NCBI GenBank assembly: GCA_951406725.2
Contig: OX597826.1
Span: 59,210,001 to 59,274,000 of the forward strand
Direction of reading: 5' to 3'
DNA: 64,000 nt
Source: Octopus vulgaris
Lineage: Eukaryota
The first letter of the stretch is position 1, and each line of letters opens with the position of its first letter. The translations under genes were made by a program, and so were the position numbers. Below, one piece after another: positions 1 through 13,944 of this stretch. Under the pieces are notes generated by a model. It saw only the letters and a list, made by a program, of their open reading frames with translations. It was not told the origin of the DNA and searched no databases.

Positions 1-420
1 AAATTCTAATAAAATATTTAAGACGTGATTCAGCTAGCTTAGAAAAGCAGCAATGTCTCTCAAACAGGATCCTTTTCAAAGCGAAGTTTATTTCCACCAG
101 AGTTTGTTGAATTTTAATGCAACCAACCAATATTTGAAACATGTTTCCAATATATCGGAAAGGGGTCTGGGATGTCTCTAATATATCTGAAAAGGATCTG
201 GGATGGACGGTGGGTGTAATAATATTGTGCATTTTTGTCGGCAGGAGGGCCCTGCATCGTCATGAAAAATCAATCTAGTTAAAGTAGGATGGATGTCTAA
301 CACGTTATCTTCCCTACATTATTGTGGTTGTTGGTGTTTAACCCTAAGCCAATCCTGGTCGAGTAAAATCACGAAAGGCATTCAAGCCATGACTGCCGGG
401 TTTATATTTAGAGATGTTTT

Positions 421-600
421 TTTTATTTGTTTCAGTCCTAGCACTGCGGCCATGCTGGAGCATCGCTTTGAAGTGTCTCATCCTAGCATTTATGCTTTAT
501 AACTAGTACTTATTCTGACCTTTCCTTTCTCCGACCTGTTACGTTACGTTGCGGGAAAGTAGAAAATAAAACCAACGACAGTACAGAGTCGGTAGTGGGG
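421..600 (-). mobile_element. SINE family A, degenerate 3' fragment
   Basis: tttgtttcagtc..ctgcggccatgctggagcatcgc..ctagtacttattct matches the reverse complement of the 3' half of the copy at 4574-5008. Confidence 0.7.
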
Positions 601-681
601 TGGCTGTTGAACTCGTTCAGAAGAATACCCACCCATAGTAATGTGTGTGTGAGTGTGTGTATGCATGTATCTACATATATA

Positions 682-923
682 TCTCCCCTTCTTCTTAGCC
701 CTCCTGAGTGACCCTTCTATCTGGCATTTGCCATGATAGATCGCTAGCCACTACACATTTTTATTTTCTCTCCTTGTTTCTTTCTGTGTTCCTGTCTGTA
801 GAAGAGTGTAGGCTCGAAACGTTGAAGACTTTTTCACTTCCCGAGCGTTAAACAAATACATCTGTTTGTTGTCTACACCATCTGTCTTCGTCTTTTGTTT
901 TTTTTTTGTTGTAAATTCTCCCC
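682..923 (+). mobile_element. Penelope-like element 3' end (pLTR-type module) with hammerhead-like motif
   Basis: Nearly identical to 36038-36223, which follows a GIY-YIG remnant; bounded by TA-rich tracts; contains CTGTAGA-A-GAG..CTC-GAAAC-GTT at 796-823. Confidence 0.8.
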
Positions 924-1029
924 TATATATATGTATATATATTTATATATATATATGATAATATATATATATACATGTATATACATATATACATATATAT
1001 ATGCCTATCTATCTATCTATCTATCTATC

Positions 1030-1061
<32 letters not shown>

Positions 1062-1349
1062 TATATGTCTATATATATATAGACATATATGCATGTATCT
1101 ATCTCTCTATCTCTCTGTATGTATATACATACTACGAATCTTTTACTCTTTCTTTTAATCCCTCATTCTTTCTTTCCTCTTTTCTTTTTCTCGCTCCTCC
1201 TCACCCACATTTCTCTTTCTCTGATCTTTCTATTTTCCTTCGTTATCTCCCTTGTACCTTTCTTTCTGTCCCTTCCTCTCTCTCTCTCTCACTCTGGTTC
1301 CCCGCTTAATTCTTCAATCCCTCTGCCCCTACCTCTCTCTTTTCCTTCC

Positions 1350-1818
1350 ACGTGACCGGTGTTCGGCCAAGCATGGTTTTTCTTTCTTGGCCCGATCGCC
1401 GCCCGTACAGCACCTCTTGTTTTCCTGTCTCCTGACTTTCATCTATATTTGTGCTTCGAAGCTTTCTCACCACACGCCAGCTCAACTAGATTCGTCCTTA
1501 TTAGTCGAAAGACACCTGTTGTTATGCTCTTGTTTGTATATGTAATAGTGTAACATTTTCTCCGTTATGTCGTTTTTTTTGTCTGTGTTGTCGTGCACAT
1601 TTGCTTGTAATCTTCCAAAAAATGTTATGCTCTTAGCTTAGATTCTTGGGGCCAGTCAATTTTGAACAGTCTCAAGTGTAACACGTCGAAACTATAATGA
1701 TAATTTGAAAACTCGGCTGATAAATATAAGGCCATGAATGATCTGTGCTTTGTATCGTCTATCTGTCCGTATATTTTTGTTGTCGTCTGTTACGTTCTTA
1801 TTCTATGTTTTGGGATTT
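1350..1818 (+). mobile_element. Unclassified interspersed repeat ending in a microsatellite
   Basis: Shares collinear motifs with 50090-50478 (cacacgccagct..ttcgtc..ttagtcgaaa..cctgt; atgctcttagcttag..ttgggg). Confidence 0.6.
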
Positions 1819-1862
1819 ATCTATCTATCTATCTGTCTATCTATCTATATATATATATATAT

Positions 1863-2054
1863 GTAGGTCCCGGGTTGAGTCGGGGTTAACCACAGTAAAT
1901 AAGGTACTCAATACATAGCAGAGTAACTTAATTTATTTTATAGAAGGAGCTTCTACAGGACTAGAACTGCTTCATTCAAATGAAATCATCAGGAAGCTTC
2001 CTGATGATTTCATTTGAATGAAACAGTTCTAGTCCTGTAGAAGCTCCTTCTATA
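1863..2054 (-). mobile_element. Penelope-like mini-element in (TA)n with 58-bp-arm palindrome and hammerhead core
   Basis: 1939-1996 and 1997-2054 are reverse complements with 1 mismatch; the right arm reads CTGATGA-T-TTCA-tt-TGAA-T-GAAAC-A-GTT; AATAAA lies downstream on the minus strand; (TA)n on both sides. Confidence 0.75.
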
Positions 2055-2094
2055 TATATATATATATATACATACACACATATATACATATATA

Positions 2095-2151
<57 letters not shown>

Positions 2152-2859
2152 ACATGTGTGTGTGTGTGTGTGTGTCTGTGCAAAATTTAGGCTAGTTGAA
2201 ATATGTGACAAATATATTTTAACTAGCTTGAATTCTGCTCATATCTAAACACTGCTTCGCGCTAACGCTTCGTTGTTTACAGCGAATCAGTCAACGTGTC
2301 GATTGAAACATATATAAAGCTACAGCTTTAATAAATTCATTCATTCAAGAAACCTCGAAACATTGATGCCTGAGATTCCCGAGAGAGGGTGACACTGTAC
2401 GAACTGGGTGTTTTCACACTTTTTTTTATCATAAGAGAGACTTTTTTCTCCATGGTAACTGTAGGGTATTTTCTTTTTAGCAGAAAGAAACAAGGAGAGA
2501 AAATAAAGAATATGTTGTGGCTAGCGATCTATCATGGTGATATACGTATATATACACTTATATACATATACATTTGTATGTATGTATCTATGTGTGTATG
2601 GATGGATGCATGTATGTGTATGTACGTGTTTTATGGAAGGCTAGGAATTGAGAAAGATTTGGTTATTATTTGTAATAGACTGAACGGCCGTATAGACGGT
2701 TCCTTACTAGCACCTAGCATTCCGTTTCGTCGTGATGTAGAATTCTGCTTAAACATGCATATTTAAAAAAAATTATGAACGCAACTCTGGTTGTGTAGTT
2801 AAGACTGTTATTTTGCTATCAGAAGGATCCTGCGTGACATCTTTGACGTTTGTCTTCTC

Positions 2860-3124
2860 AAACAAAAATCTAGCAACTCTGAAGAAAGCCTTTGTCTAAT
2901 CATGGGATCGTTCAAGTGAAAATGTCATCCAGCATTCGTGTGACTCCGCGCTCAGTCGTCTTCGTGTGATTGAGAAGGCCAAAAGTGGACGTATTGAATG
3001 TAACGTACCTTAATGTGTTACATGACCATATTTTATTAAATTCTGAAGACCTTGTGTGTTGATAAGCTCTTTACTAAAAATTACGACTAATAATCAATCG
3101 TGAATTCTTTACGGGGCACCCTGT
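2860..3124 (+). mobile_element. Tc1/mariner-superfamily 3' fragment (transposase C-terminus plus right TIR)
   Basis: Hand translation LKKAFV*SWDRSSENVIQHSCDSALSRLRVIEKAKSGRIE resembles Tc1/maT C-termini; ends ggggcaccctg|ta. Confidence 0.6.
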
Positions 3125-4288
3125 AAAACCAGATATTGACCAGAGACTTGTCAGAGACATTTGTAATGCAGAATATCTGTGCAGAGTCCCGTCTAGTGTG
3201 TATGTGTGTGTGTGTGTGTGTGTACGCGCGTTTCCCCATTGTGCATTATGTCGGCTAAAGTGTTAAACGCTGCCAAGACAACTTTTCAACTGGTATTTTC
3301 GGGCAAGAATTATTTTTGAAATATATATTTCATCCGAGTTGTACGGATGCTTTTTATTTTTGGCACTCTCGCCATCATAAATATAATGAATAATGGATTG
3401 CTCGATAAAAGCATGTGAAATAAGTTTTTTCTATTCATACACAGCTCTATATAAAACAAATAAAAACAATGAGGACCTGACAAGTTTTGTTTTTTTCAAG
3501 CTCTTCTCCAAGGTCTTATCAATTGCCTTCCTAATACTTTTATTTGTTGGGTATTGAATGACTATTGATTTCCGGATGTGCTTAGATAGACACCGTGGAA
3601 GCGATTTCTCTTGCCAAATCTAGAATAATTTGATGGTAAGATTTAAACACAGTGCTGCAATTTTCTCCTTTCCATTCCAGTACCTTTGCTCATCGGTCTA
3701 AATTTGGTCTTCCCTACCTCCTGTTAGTAATACACAACTCGAACCAATGAGGCAGGTAACTCAACGTTGACGCTCTACCGGATATAAATTGCAGACGAAC
3801 CTCCTTGAATTCAAACCCTCTCGCCTTAAATTGGAAAGTGAAAACATTATATAGCATTATCCTAGATGTACAATATCTGAATAAACATTAGGTTGGTCAC
3901 GAATCGAAAGACTATGATCCTAATAATCTGTTGAATTACGATAAGCAATAACATAACCAAGATATCTTATGCCTTCTGCTTCTGTTTATAAACATCTCTG
4001 CTCACTTGTCTATAATTAAAGCGTCTTTCCGAAAAATGATTTCTGTAGAATCGACTTTTACTATCATCCAGTTATCTCACAGCGGTATTAAACAAGGACT
4101 GTATCTTCGACGATGACGATAATATCAAGACAGCCTAGTTTTCTCCTCATACACTGATTCTATTGCCCGTTCCTCTAAGTGCATCATTAGGCTCTAACTC
4201 TCGCTGCCCTCTTTTAACCTGTATCTGTATCAGAAAGATAAGACTTACTCTTCAATTCTGGAAACGTTTAGCATTGCCCAGTTAGTGA

Positions 4289-4383
4289 CCTTCAACTATC
4301 TGAATTCCTTCCATTACGGAAGCAAAACTCTCCATACCTTCAGCTAACTGTATTCCTTCCGTTACGTCAGCAAGGCTCTCCAT
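4289..4383. repeat. Diverged 48-bp tandem duplication
   Basis: ccttcaactatctgaattccttccattacggaagcaaaactctccat / ccttcagctaactgtattccttccgttacgtcagcaaggctctccat. Confidence 0.8.
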
Positions 4384-4573
4384 CACATGTCTAGAGCGTC
4401 GGGTCAAATATATGCCCATGCGTCTTAAATTGCATCCTATGACTGAGTGACATGCGCTCACTAACACGCTAATTTACAGCTCATTTTATTTCCGTACAGA
4501 TTTTGAGCATCAGTAAAACAGTTGCAGCATCACTAATTTTATAAACTGTTGAATATATCAACTGTTGAATATA

Positions 4574-4714
4574 GGCGCAGGAGTGGCTGTATGGTAAGTA
4601 GCTTGTTTACCAACCACATGGTTCCGGGTTCAGTCCCACTGCATGGCACCTTGGGCAAGTGTCTTCTACTATAGCCTATAGCCTTGGTAGACGGAAACTG
4701 AAAAGAAGCCCGTC

Positions 4715-4779
<65 letters not shown>

Positions 4780-5008
4780 TGTGTGTGTTTGTGTGTCTGT
4801 GTTTGTCCCCTAGCATTGCTTGACAACCGATGCTGGTGTGTTTATGTCCCCGTTATTTAGCAGTTCGGCAAAAGAGACCGATAGAATAAGTACTGGGCTT
4901 ACAAAAAGAATAAGTCCCGGGGTCGAGTTGCTCGATTAAAGGCGGTGCACCAGCATGGCCGCAGTCAAATGACTGAAACAAGTAAAAGAGTAAAAGAGTA
5001 AAAGAGAG
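4574..5008 (+). mobile_element. SINE family A, near full length (tRNA-like head, CORE-like block, internal TA/TG microsatellite, (GTAAAAGA)n tail)
   Basis: A-box-like gtggctgtatggt, B-box-like gggttcagtccc, ggcaccttgggcaagt block, tandem tail; 8 other copies in the window. Confidence 0.9.
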
Positions 5009-5039
5009 TACCATCATACCTACATTTGTACTCTCTAGA

Positions 5040-5300
5040 CCCTGACCAAAACCTATTCTTTATTCACACTTGACAACAACTTGAACAAATCTCATGAACC
5101 AGAAGGATATCTAACGAAATCTTGCAAAAATTTCGTGAATGAACTATTATTGAATTTGCTTGAGTATTCGCCAGACTTGATTAAATTTTTGTAGGACTTC
5201 AATTAACCCTTTCTCAACTTGAATCGTTGCTTGCAGCATTTGGAGAAATTCGTAAGAGATTCGAATGTCACATGAGGTCATTGAATTTAACCGTTGCGTT
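5040..5300 (+). mobile_element. Possible highly decayed mariner transposase remnant
   Basis: ttgcttgagtattcgccagacttg translates as LLEYSPDL (mariner YSPDL motif); other motifs are barely visible. Confidence 0.3.
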
Positions 5301-5562
5301 ATTTGATGAACGATTTTGAAATGACTAGACGAAATTATGCCACTAAAAAAGTACATAAATATATATATATTTCTAATGTGTCGAAAAAATAAATGATTAC
5401 TACAGTTACAAGGTTTTGCCATAGGTCTTCAATACAAGTCTATTATCATAAATTACATTTCATTACTTTGTAATAACGATTTCAAATAATAAATATCACT
5501 CTTGTAACAAAAATGATGTCTTCAGATACAAAGGAAAATTTCCACAATGTTGCATATAATAT

Positions 5563-5790
5563 CGGTTTCAAATTTCAGCACAAAGCCTGCATATTTAGAG
5601 GAGGAGCTAAGTCTATTATATCGACCTCAGTGTTCAACTGGTCCTTACTGTATCGACTCTGAAAGGATGAAAGTTAAACTCGAGCTCGGCAGAATTCCAA
5701 CTCAGAACGTGAAGACGGACAAAATGCGGTGAAGCGTTTTGTCCGTCGTTCTGCCACCTCGTTGGCATTTTCCCTCCAACTCGCCGCCTT
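5563..5790 (-). mobile_element. SINE family B
   Basis: Reverse complement of ggcgag..ttctgagtt..aattc.gccgag..ctttcatcctttc..gtcgata..accag with the ..aaatttgaaac tail. Confidence 0.8.
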
Positions 5791-6861
5791 TTAATGTGGC
5801 ATAGAATATCGTCAACAATTATCGTGGATCACGCCGTAAAAAAAGTACAGTTGACTGATTATCATGAATTTACTCACCAGCACTAGTTTAAAGCTTTAGT
5901 GCTCTAATCTGAACCCCGTTTATGAGATAGTACCCTTTCCGACTTTTCTACTATTACTATATTAGCTTCTGTCTTTCGTGAGTAGATGATCGCATTACAG
6001 GTGGCGCTATTAAGTTATACAAGGCCTGGACCAATCTTTGGTCGAAACGTTTCTAAGTTTATCTAAGTTTATATCCACTAACATTACTTGTTCGTTTACT
6101 CACCTCGCAGACTTTTTGCTTTCCTGTAGTCACCAGCTCGCACGTCTCACACATCGGTACAGAATACTAGAAGGAACAGCGTACATACACTCCCGTCGAA
6201 CCACAAAACTCTCAGAAATCACACTGCGTATCCTCGTTATATATGAACACTTACAATACATACCGCTGTTCTGTATAAATAATCATACAATATACTCTCA
6301 ATCTTTGGAAATATCAATAAGGGATTCTATAATTCTGTGAAAATACCAACAGCGTATACATTAGCCCAGTGAAAATACCTACAGTGTATGCAGAGTAAAT
6401 CTCCTTCGTTTCAGAAGATCAATTTTTGCGCCATTTCGTTTTTCTCATTTTCTCTTTTTATTTAAAATTTCTTTTTATGCTTCTGAATTTTGAGTTGCCT
6501 TGACAACCTAGTAAAGTTGCTTTGAATAATTAATTCATTTAGTAGGCACAACACACGTACAATCTTTCGCGCGAACAACCATATAGACATGCAACCGCAC
6601 TCAAAGGGATCCGATAACACATATATACGTAGCATACACATTTTAATGGCCGTCACAATCTTCTTACAACTTCTCGTTATTCTACTCAGTGATTACTCAT
6701 ATACACAAGACCTGAAGTAAGCAATACATGTGTAAAGCAGTAAACACATACTATGCTCTCTTCCTCCATCTCATTCTCTCTCTCTCTCTCTCTCGTCGCA
6801 TGTATATGCACGCAAACACAAAGACACATAAAGAACCCAGACAGAAACATGCGTTCATATG

Positions 6862-7590
<729 letters not shown>

Positions 7591-8116
7591 GTTTCCATTT
7601 ATATTAATATATCTATCTATTTTTTCTCTCTCTCTCTCTCTCTTTATATATATTTGTTAATATTTAGCAGAAGTAACATGTATGCATATACGCATATGTA
7701 CATATTTATTTATACATTGGTAAGCATGTATTTATATAATGTATACACACATACACGCACTCACACATATATATGATACGAGCAAAGCCAAATAGATATA
7801 CATTGAAATATATGTAGATATATGCATATTTAAGGACATGGATGTGTGCCAATACAATGAGTTGTTATATGAATGGAAACGATTTGAAATCTTTTTGAAT
7901 TAACACGGCTAAGATTGTTTAAAACAGTAAAGGTCCATTCTTTCTCTCTCTCCCCATCTCTCTCTCTCTCTTATATCTCTTTCTCTCCTATCTCTCTCTC
8001 CTATCTAACTCTCCCCTCTCTCTCTCTTTCTCTTTCTAGTGTTTCTGTTTTTCCCTTCCCCTTTCACTCTCTGGATGTGTGTGTACATAATGGTGTGTAT
8101 GTATGCGTGTGTGTAT

Positions 8117-8650
<534 letters not shown>

Positions 8651-8894
8651 TTTATCTGCATACGTGTGTGTGTATGTGTGTGTGTGTGCGAGTATGTTTC
8701 TTGAGCGTAAGTAAAAAAAAAATCAACAATTAAAAACGTGAGTACATGCATAATTTTTATTAGTAATCAGTGTAAATTACTGAGTGACAAAACATCTGAG
8801 AGAATCGGGCATTAGCACCAATAAAACTCTGATAGATGCTGATGTACGAAAGTCTCCGTCCTTAAGTCACTCTGTTAATTCTACCAATAGCCAA

Positions 8895-9109
8895 TGCTCT
8901 CAAATTTCGGTAGAAGGCCAGCAACTTTAGCGCTGGGTTTAATTCGGATAGGTCAACCCCAGTACTTGACTGATGATTATTTCATCGACACTAATAAGAT
9001 CTAAAGCAAATTCGACCTCTCCGGCATTTGAACTCAAAGCGTAAATAATAATGATGGAATGCTGCTAACCATTGTGTGTGCTGTACTAACGATTCTCGCA
9101 GCTTGCCGC
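8895..9109 (-). mobile_element. SINE family B, diverged
   Basis: gcaaattcgacctctccggcatttgaactca..ctaacgattctcgcagcttgccgc matches the family B reverse complement. Confidence 0.7.
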
Positions 9110-9122
9110 ATTTCTGCCGATT

Positions 9123-9534
9123 ACTCTCTTTTTCTCTTTTACTTGTTTCAGTCGTTTGACTGCGGCCATGCTGGGGCACCGCCTTTAGTCGAGCAAATCG
9201 ACCCCAGGACTTATTCTTTGTAGGCCTAGTACTTATTCTATCGGTCTCTTTTACTGAAACGCTAAGTTACGGTGACGTAAACACACCAGCATCGGTTGTC
9301 AAGCGATGTTGGGGTGGGGACAAACACAGACACACAAACACACACACACGCACATATATATAAATATACATATATACGACGGGCTTCTTTCAGTTTCCGT
9401 CTACCAAATCCACTCACTAGGCTTTGGTCGGCCCAATAGTAGAAGACACTTGCCCAAGGTGTCACGCAGTGGGACTGAACCCGGAACCATGTGGTTGGTA
9501 AGCAAGCTACTTAATACACAGCCACTCCTGCACC
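9123..9534 (-). mobile_element. SINE family A, full length
   Basis: Reverse complement of 4574-5008 along its whole length. Confidence 0.92.
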
Positions 9535-9539
9535 TTAAT

Positions 9540-9667
9540 AATAATAATTTAAATTTTTTGCCACAAGTGGTACTTTTGTAGTCGTTCCCAAATGGACGAA
9601 AGTCAAAGTTGACCTCGGCGGAATTTGAACTCAGAACGGCGCGCTAACGATCCGGCCAGCTCGCCGT
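9540..9667 (-). mobile_element. SINE family B, internally deleted
   Basis: aaagtcaaagttgacctcggcggaatttgaactcagaac..ctaacgatccggccagctcgccg. Confidence 0.75.
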
Positions 9668-9723
9668 ATTTCTGCCGATTAATAATAATGACCAACAATA
9701 ATTGCTTCTATATGTATATATAA

Positions 9724-9863
9724 GGTGTGGCTGCGTGAGTAAAAAGGTTGCTTCTACTGTATGGCACCTTGGGCAAGTATCTTCTACTTTAGCCTCCGGT
9801 CGACCAAAGCCTTGTGAATGGATTTAGTACCCGTTAACACACACACATATATATGTATATATA

Positions 9864-9914
<51 letters not shown>

Positions 9915-10108
9915 CCGTGTGTGTGTGTGTGTGTGTATCTATGTGCCTGCGTTTGTCCCCTACCATCGTTTGACAACCGATTTTGACAACCGATTCGGCG
10001 AAAGAGACCGATAAGTCTTGAGGGTCGATTTCTGCGACTAAAAATCCCTTTAAGGCGGTGCTCCAGCATGGCTGCTGTCAAGTGACTGAAACAAATAAAA
10101 GAGGTAAA
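9724..10108 (+). mobile_element. SINE family A, diverged with deletions
   Basis: tggcaccttgggcaagt..gaccaaagccttgtga..ttcggcgaaagagaccgata..ggcggtgctccagcatggc..tgactgaaac. Confidence 0.85.
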
Positions 10109-10139
10109 ACCGAATATACAGTACGCGCGCGTGCACACA

Positions 10140-10181
<42 letters not shown>

Positions 10182-10887
10182 AAACACACACACATATATA
10201 TATATACGTGTGTGTGTGTGTATGGGTGCTTGCTCGTATGTGTTTGTGTGTGTATCAGTGTATGTGTGTGTTGGTAAACGTTTGCAACGCATAAATATAA
10301 TGTGTTCCTAATTAATATCTGTAACTTGAGTGTTGCAAATATGACATTGCCACTTCTTCGAACGCCTGAGATAGGCGAAGAGTGTGTAAAAATGCAGGCA
10401 GAATTATTCGCAAACACAGCGAAATATTATAATTATTGATCGAGAACTGAAGACCTACCTAAAACTGTGATTAAATTCGTTTAACATTTATTTATTCTGT
10501 TATGATATACAGAATCATAATATATTTAATTAATCACATGTACTATGATATTTCTGATGTCATTAATATCATAGATGGTAAACAAATGAAGCAACGAAGA
10601 TAAATGCTTGTTAATAAATTTATACTTCTGATAAATCAGTGATTGTTTTCGGTATATGGTAACTTTTCTCTTTGTCAAATCAATTATGTGTAAAATTAAC
10701 TATTTAGCTAACATTATGGAGCTGAAAATTCCACCAAAAGCATGACTGAAAACGTGTATATATATATTTGAATTTTGGTTAATCTTTGATAGCGTAAAAA
10801 TAGTGTAGTAGGTCACTGACATATAAAAGTCTCGACTTCCTGGGATTTAAATGTAACTGGTTGTGTGATATATATAGAGCTATAGGC

Positions 10888-11114
10888 AAGACGGCGAGCT
10901 GGCAGAAACGTTAGCACGCCATGCGAAATGCGTAGCCGTATTTCGTCTGTCGTTACGTGCTGAGTTCAAATTCCGCTGAGGTCGACTTTCCCTTTCATCC
11001 TTTCGGGGTCGATAAATTAAGTACAAGTTATGCACTGGGGTCGATGTAAGCAACTTAATCCCTTTGTCTGTCCTTGTTTGTCCTCTCCGTGTTTAGCTCC
11101 TTGTGGGTAGTGAA
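10888..11114 (+). mobile_element. SINE family B, full length with TSD
   Basis: ggcgagctggcagaaacgttagcacgcc head; flanked by gatatatatagagc(t/c)ataggc at 10867-10887 and 11115-11137. Confidence 0.92.
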
Positions 11115-11150
11115 GATATATATATAGAGCCATAGGCTTTTAGCGACATG

Positions 11151-11440
11151 TGGAGGTACATGGCCTAGTGGTTAGAGCAGCGGACTCGCGGTCGAGGGAT
11201 CGCGGGTTCGAATCCCGGACCGGGCGATGTGTGTGTGTTTATGAGTGAAACACCTAAGCTCCACGCGTCTCCGGCTGAAGGTAATGGCGAACATCTGCCG
11301 ACTCTTTCGCCACAACTTTCTCTCACTCTTTCCTCCTGCATCTTGCAGCTTACCTGCGACGGACCGGCGTCCCGTCGAGGTGGAGAACCTATACGCAAAG
11401 GAAACCGGCCCTTATGAGCCAGACATGGCTCGAGAAGGGA
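11151..11440 (+). mobile_element. tRNA-derived SINE family C (head 1 + tail X) with TSD
   Basis: A box TGGCCTAGTGG, B box GGTTCGAATCC; TSD cttttagcgac(a/g)tg at 11137-11150 and 11441-11454. Confidence 0.92.
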
Positions 11441-11979
11441 CTTTTAGCGACGTGTTTAAATGAATGCAATTTGCCTTAATCTCTGGTAATACTATGTCTT
11501 CTGGTAAACATGAATCAGAATGAATGTCATTAAGAAAATACAAAGACAAGTTAAAGATGACTGCCCTGTAACATTTATTTCCGACGCTAAAGTGAAGGAC
11601 ATCAGTTGGCATAACAAGTATAACTCTGTTAAAAACAGTGCATGGTTTGAAAATTTTTCTTGAAGCTGAAGATAAATGCTGGATAAAACGTAAAGCATGG
11701 CGTCAAACATTCTAGTTACAAATGTCTTCTAGCTGAAGCTACAAAGTAGTATAAACTGCTTTCATGTCGAAGATCACATCTCGCTTGTAAGAAACTCACC
11801 CCACTAAAGAATTAGGGTCCCTTAAATAGCCGTTGGGATGCTTAGCTAGTCTATCACGTTAAGGAGTGGACAGTCAACGTAAAGCTAAATGGACTTGACA
11901 ATCACGGGATGATCCAAAATGGGTATCTAAAAGTAAAATAGCACAGTGTGGATAGGTAAAAGTAAAGAGTGAACATGCT

Positions 11980-12200
11980 CCTGCTACAGACTCATAAGAC
12001 CTGTTTCTCACTTTTCGTATTCCATATATTCCTCACTGGACTGTCACAGGATTAATCATTTTAGCCAGGTGAGAGGACTGGAAGCAACGTGAAAAGAAGT
12101 CTTTTGCTCAAGAACACAATGCGTCGCCCGGTCCAGGAATCGAAACCACAATCTTATGATCATGAGTGGAACGCCGTGGCCACTAAGCCACAAACCTCCA
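11980..12200 (-). mobile_element. tRNA-derived SINE family C (head 2 + tail X), diverged
   Basis: Head matches 55800-55931; tail gaaacaggtcttatgagtc resembles 11401-11420. Confidence 0.75.
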
Positions 12201-13036
12201 CACAGACCAACATGCTTTGCAATTTTATGAATTGTCATTTTAAGTTACTGAACATATACATAAGACACGAGAATAACTTTAGAAGTGTTTTTCACTAAAT
12301 CCCAAACAGCATTTTCATTCAGTTAGTTGGGGAGGCATCGTGCATCTCACTAAACTAATGCATTAGAACGTCACACGCCAATGGCTAAGAGAGCAATGAA
12401 ATTAATTTTTGCAGACGTAACTCACTTTAACTGTATTTCTGTTGACGTACTTTGACGTTTATGGTCTACAGAGAAATACTAACTTGTGTTTTAGAAAACT
12501 CATGGAACCATTCCTTCGAAAATTTAAACTGTCGAAAGGATTATACTAACGTGATATTTTATCTCTTATTCAGATGTATCAAAAATACACATAAACACAT
12601 TCATTTAGGCTTAGAGACGTACATAGAAATATATATTTATAAATATATGCATATAACATGTATGTGTATATGTGTGTGACCGCGTACGCCATACATGTTT
12701 TAATAGTTGTTTTGTAAGGGACGAGACAACTGACCTCAACCGATTTCAAAATGTATTCGACATGTGACGAGTTTGGCACATGATAGGAAAATTAGAGAAT
12801 ATTATTTATGTAGATAAAAACCTGCGAAGTTTCCTCCAAATCACAAACCTGCTACCTTACCTTTCCAAAGAAGGAAGAGCACTATTACACAAATCCAATG
12901 TCAATGCAAAATATACTATCTTTAAAGTAGCATCTTATTAATAGTATATACATATACACATACACACACACACACACATATATATATATTTATGTATGTA
13001 TATATGTATATATATATGTATTCATGTATATATATA

Positions 13037-13085
<49 letters not shown>

Positions 13086-13086
<1 letters not shown>

Positions 13087-13240
13087 ATAAAAATGGTAAG
13101 ATAACAAAAGAATGAAAGAGACCTCGATATATGTAAATAGAGGAATTTATCTGTAAATATAATATGTGACAATTATTCGGTAGCTATGATTAAACTCCGA
13201 GTGTCGGATGCCGAGGTGGAAATCACATTATATTTACAGA
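13086..13240 (-). mobile_element. Short (TA)n-embedded element with inverted duplication, Penelope-like architecture
   Basis: atctgtaaatataatatgtga (~13150) is inverted as tcacattatatttacagat (~13223); (TA)n on both sides. Confidence 0.5.
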
Positions 13241-13907
13241 TATATATATATATATACATACATATATGTATGTATACATATATACTTACATATACATACA
13301 TATACGTATATATATATATATATATGTGTGCGTGCGTATATAAATGCATTTATATACATACATACATACATATCTATAGAGAGAGAGACACAAACAATAA
13401 TACACGCATATATAAACAGATATATGGGAAGATGAATGGCTTTGTGAATGTGTGTTTGATTGTGCGTGTATGTGCGCCAGTGTGTATGTGTATGTGTGTA
13501 CGTGTGTGAGCGCGCTGAGGGCGTTTCTGGATACGTGTGTTTGCGTAAATGGACACATGAACATACTTTCAATTTCGCCTCCCTTTTATGAGTTTATGCT
13601 TCCATGTGCACCCTTGTATACACGTAATACATCAGCGGGTAGAATCCGGATACGGTTTACAATGTATCTCACAATAAAGAAAAAAAGGTGTTGTGTTGTG
13701 ATATCATAAATTTCTATAAATTATAATCTGTTTCCTTGTGACTAATCCGGAAGCAAATGTGATTCGTCATCAGTTGCGTCATTGTTCCCGCCACCTTACT
13801 CTCACCTTACGCTTTTTCATCTCACGCAACCACACATGCATGTATAAACACACATATAAATATACATGTATGCATACATACATGCAAACACACACATATA
13901 TACATAA

Positions 13908-13944
<37 letters not shown>

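Noticed and set aside
150-205. 30-bp direct duplication (tatc.gaaagg..tctgggatg)
   Set aside because: Only two copies; an ordinary local duplication
6022-6056. Additional hammerhead (GACCA-atctt-TGGTC-GAAAC-GTT)
   Set aside because: Helix II and GAAACGTT are present but the CTGANGA core is missing; at most a dead relic
11151-11226. tRNA gene
   Set aside because: A and B boxes are present, but the acceptor stem does not close and the sequence continues into a SINE body flanked by TSDs
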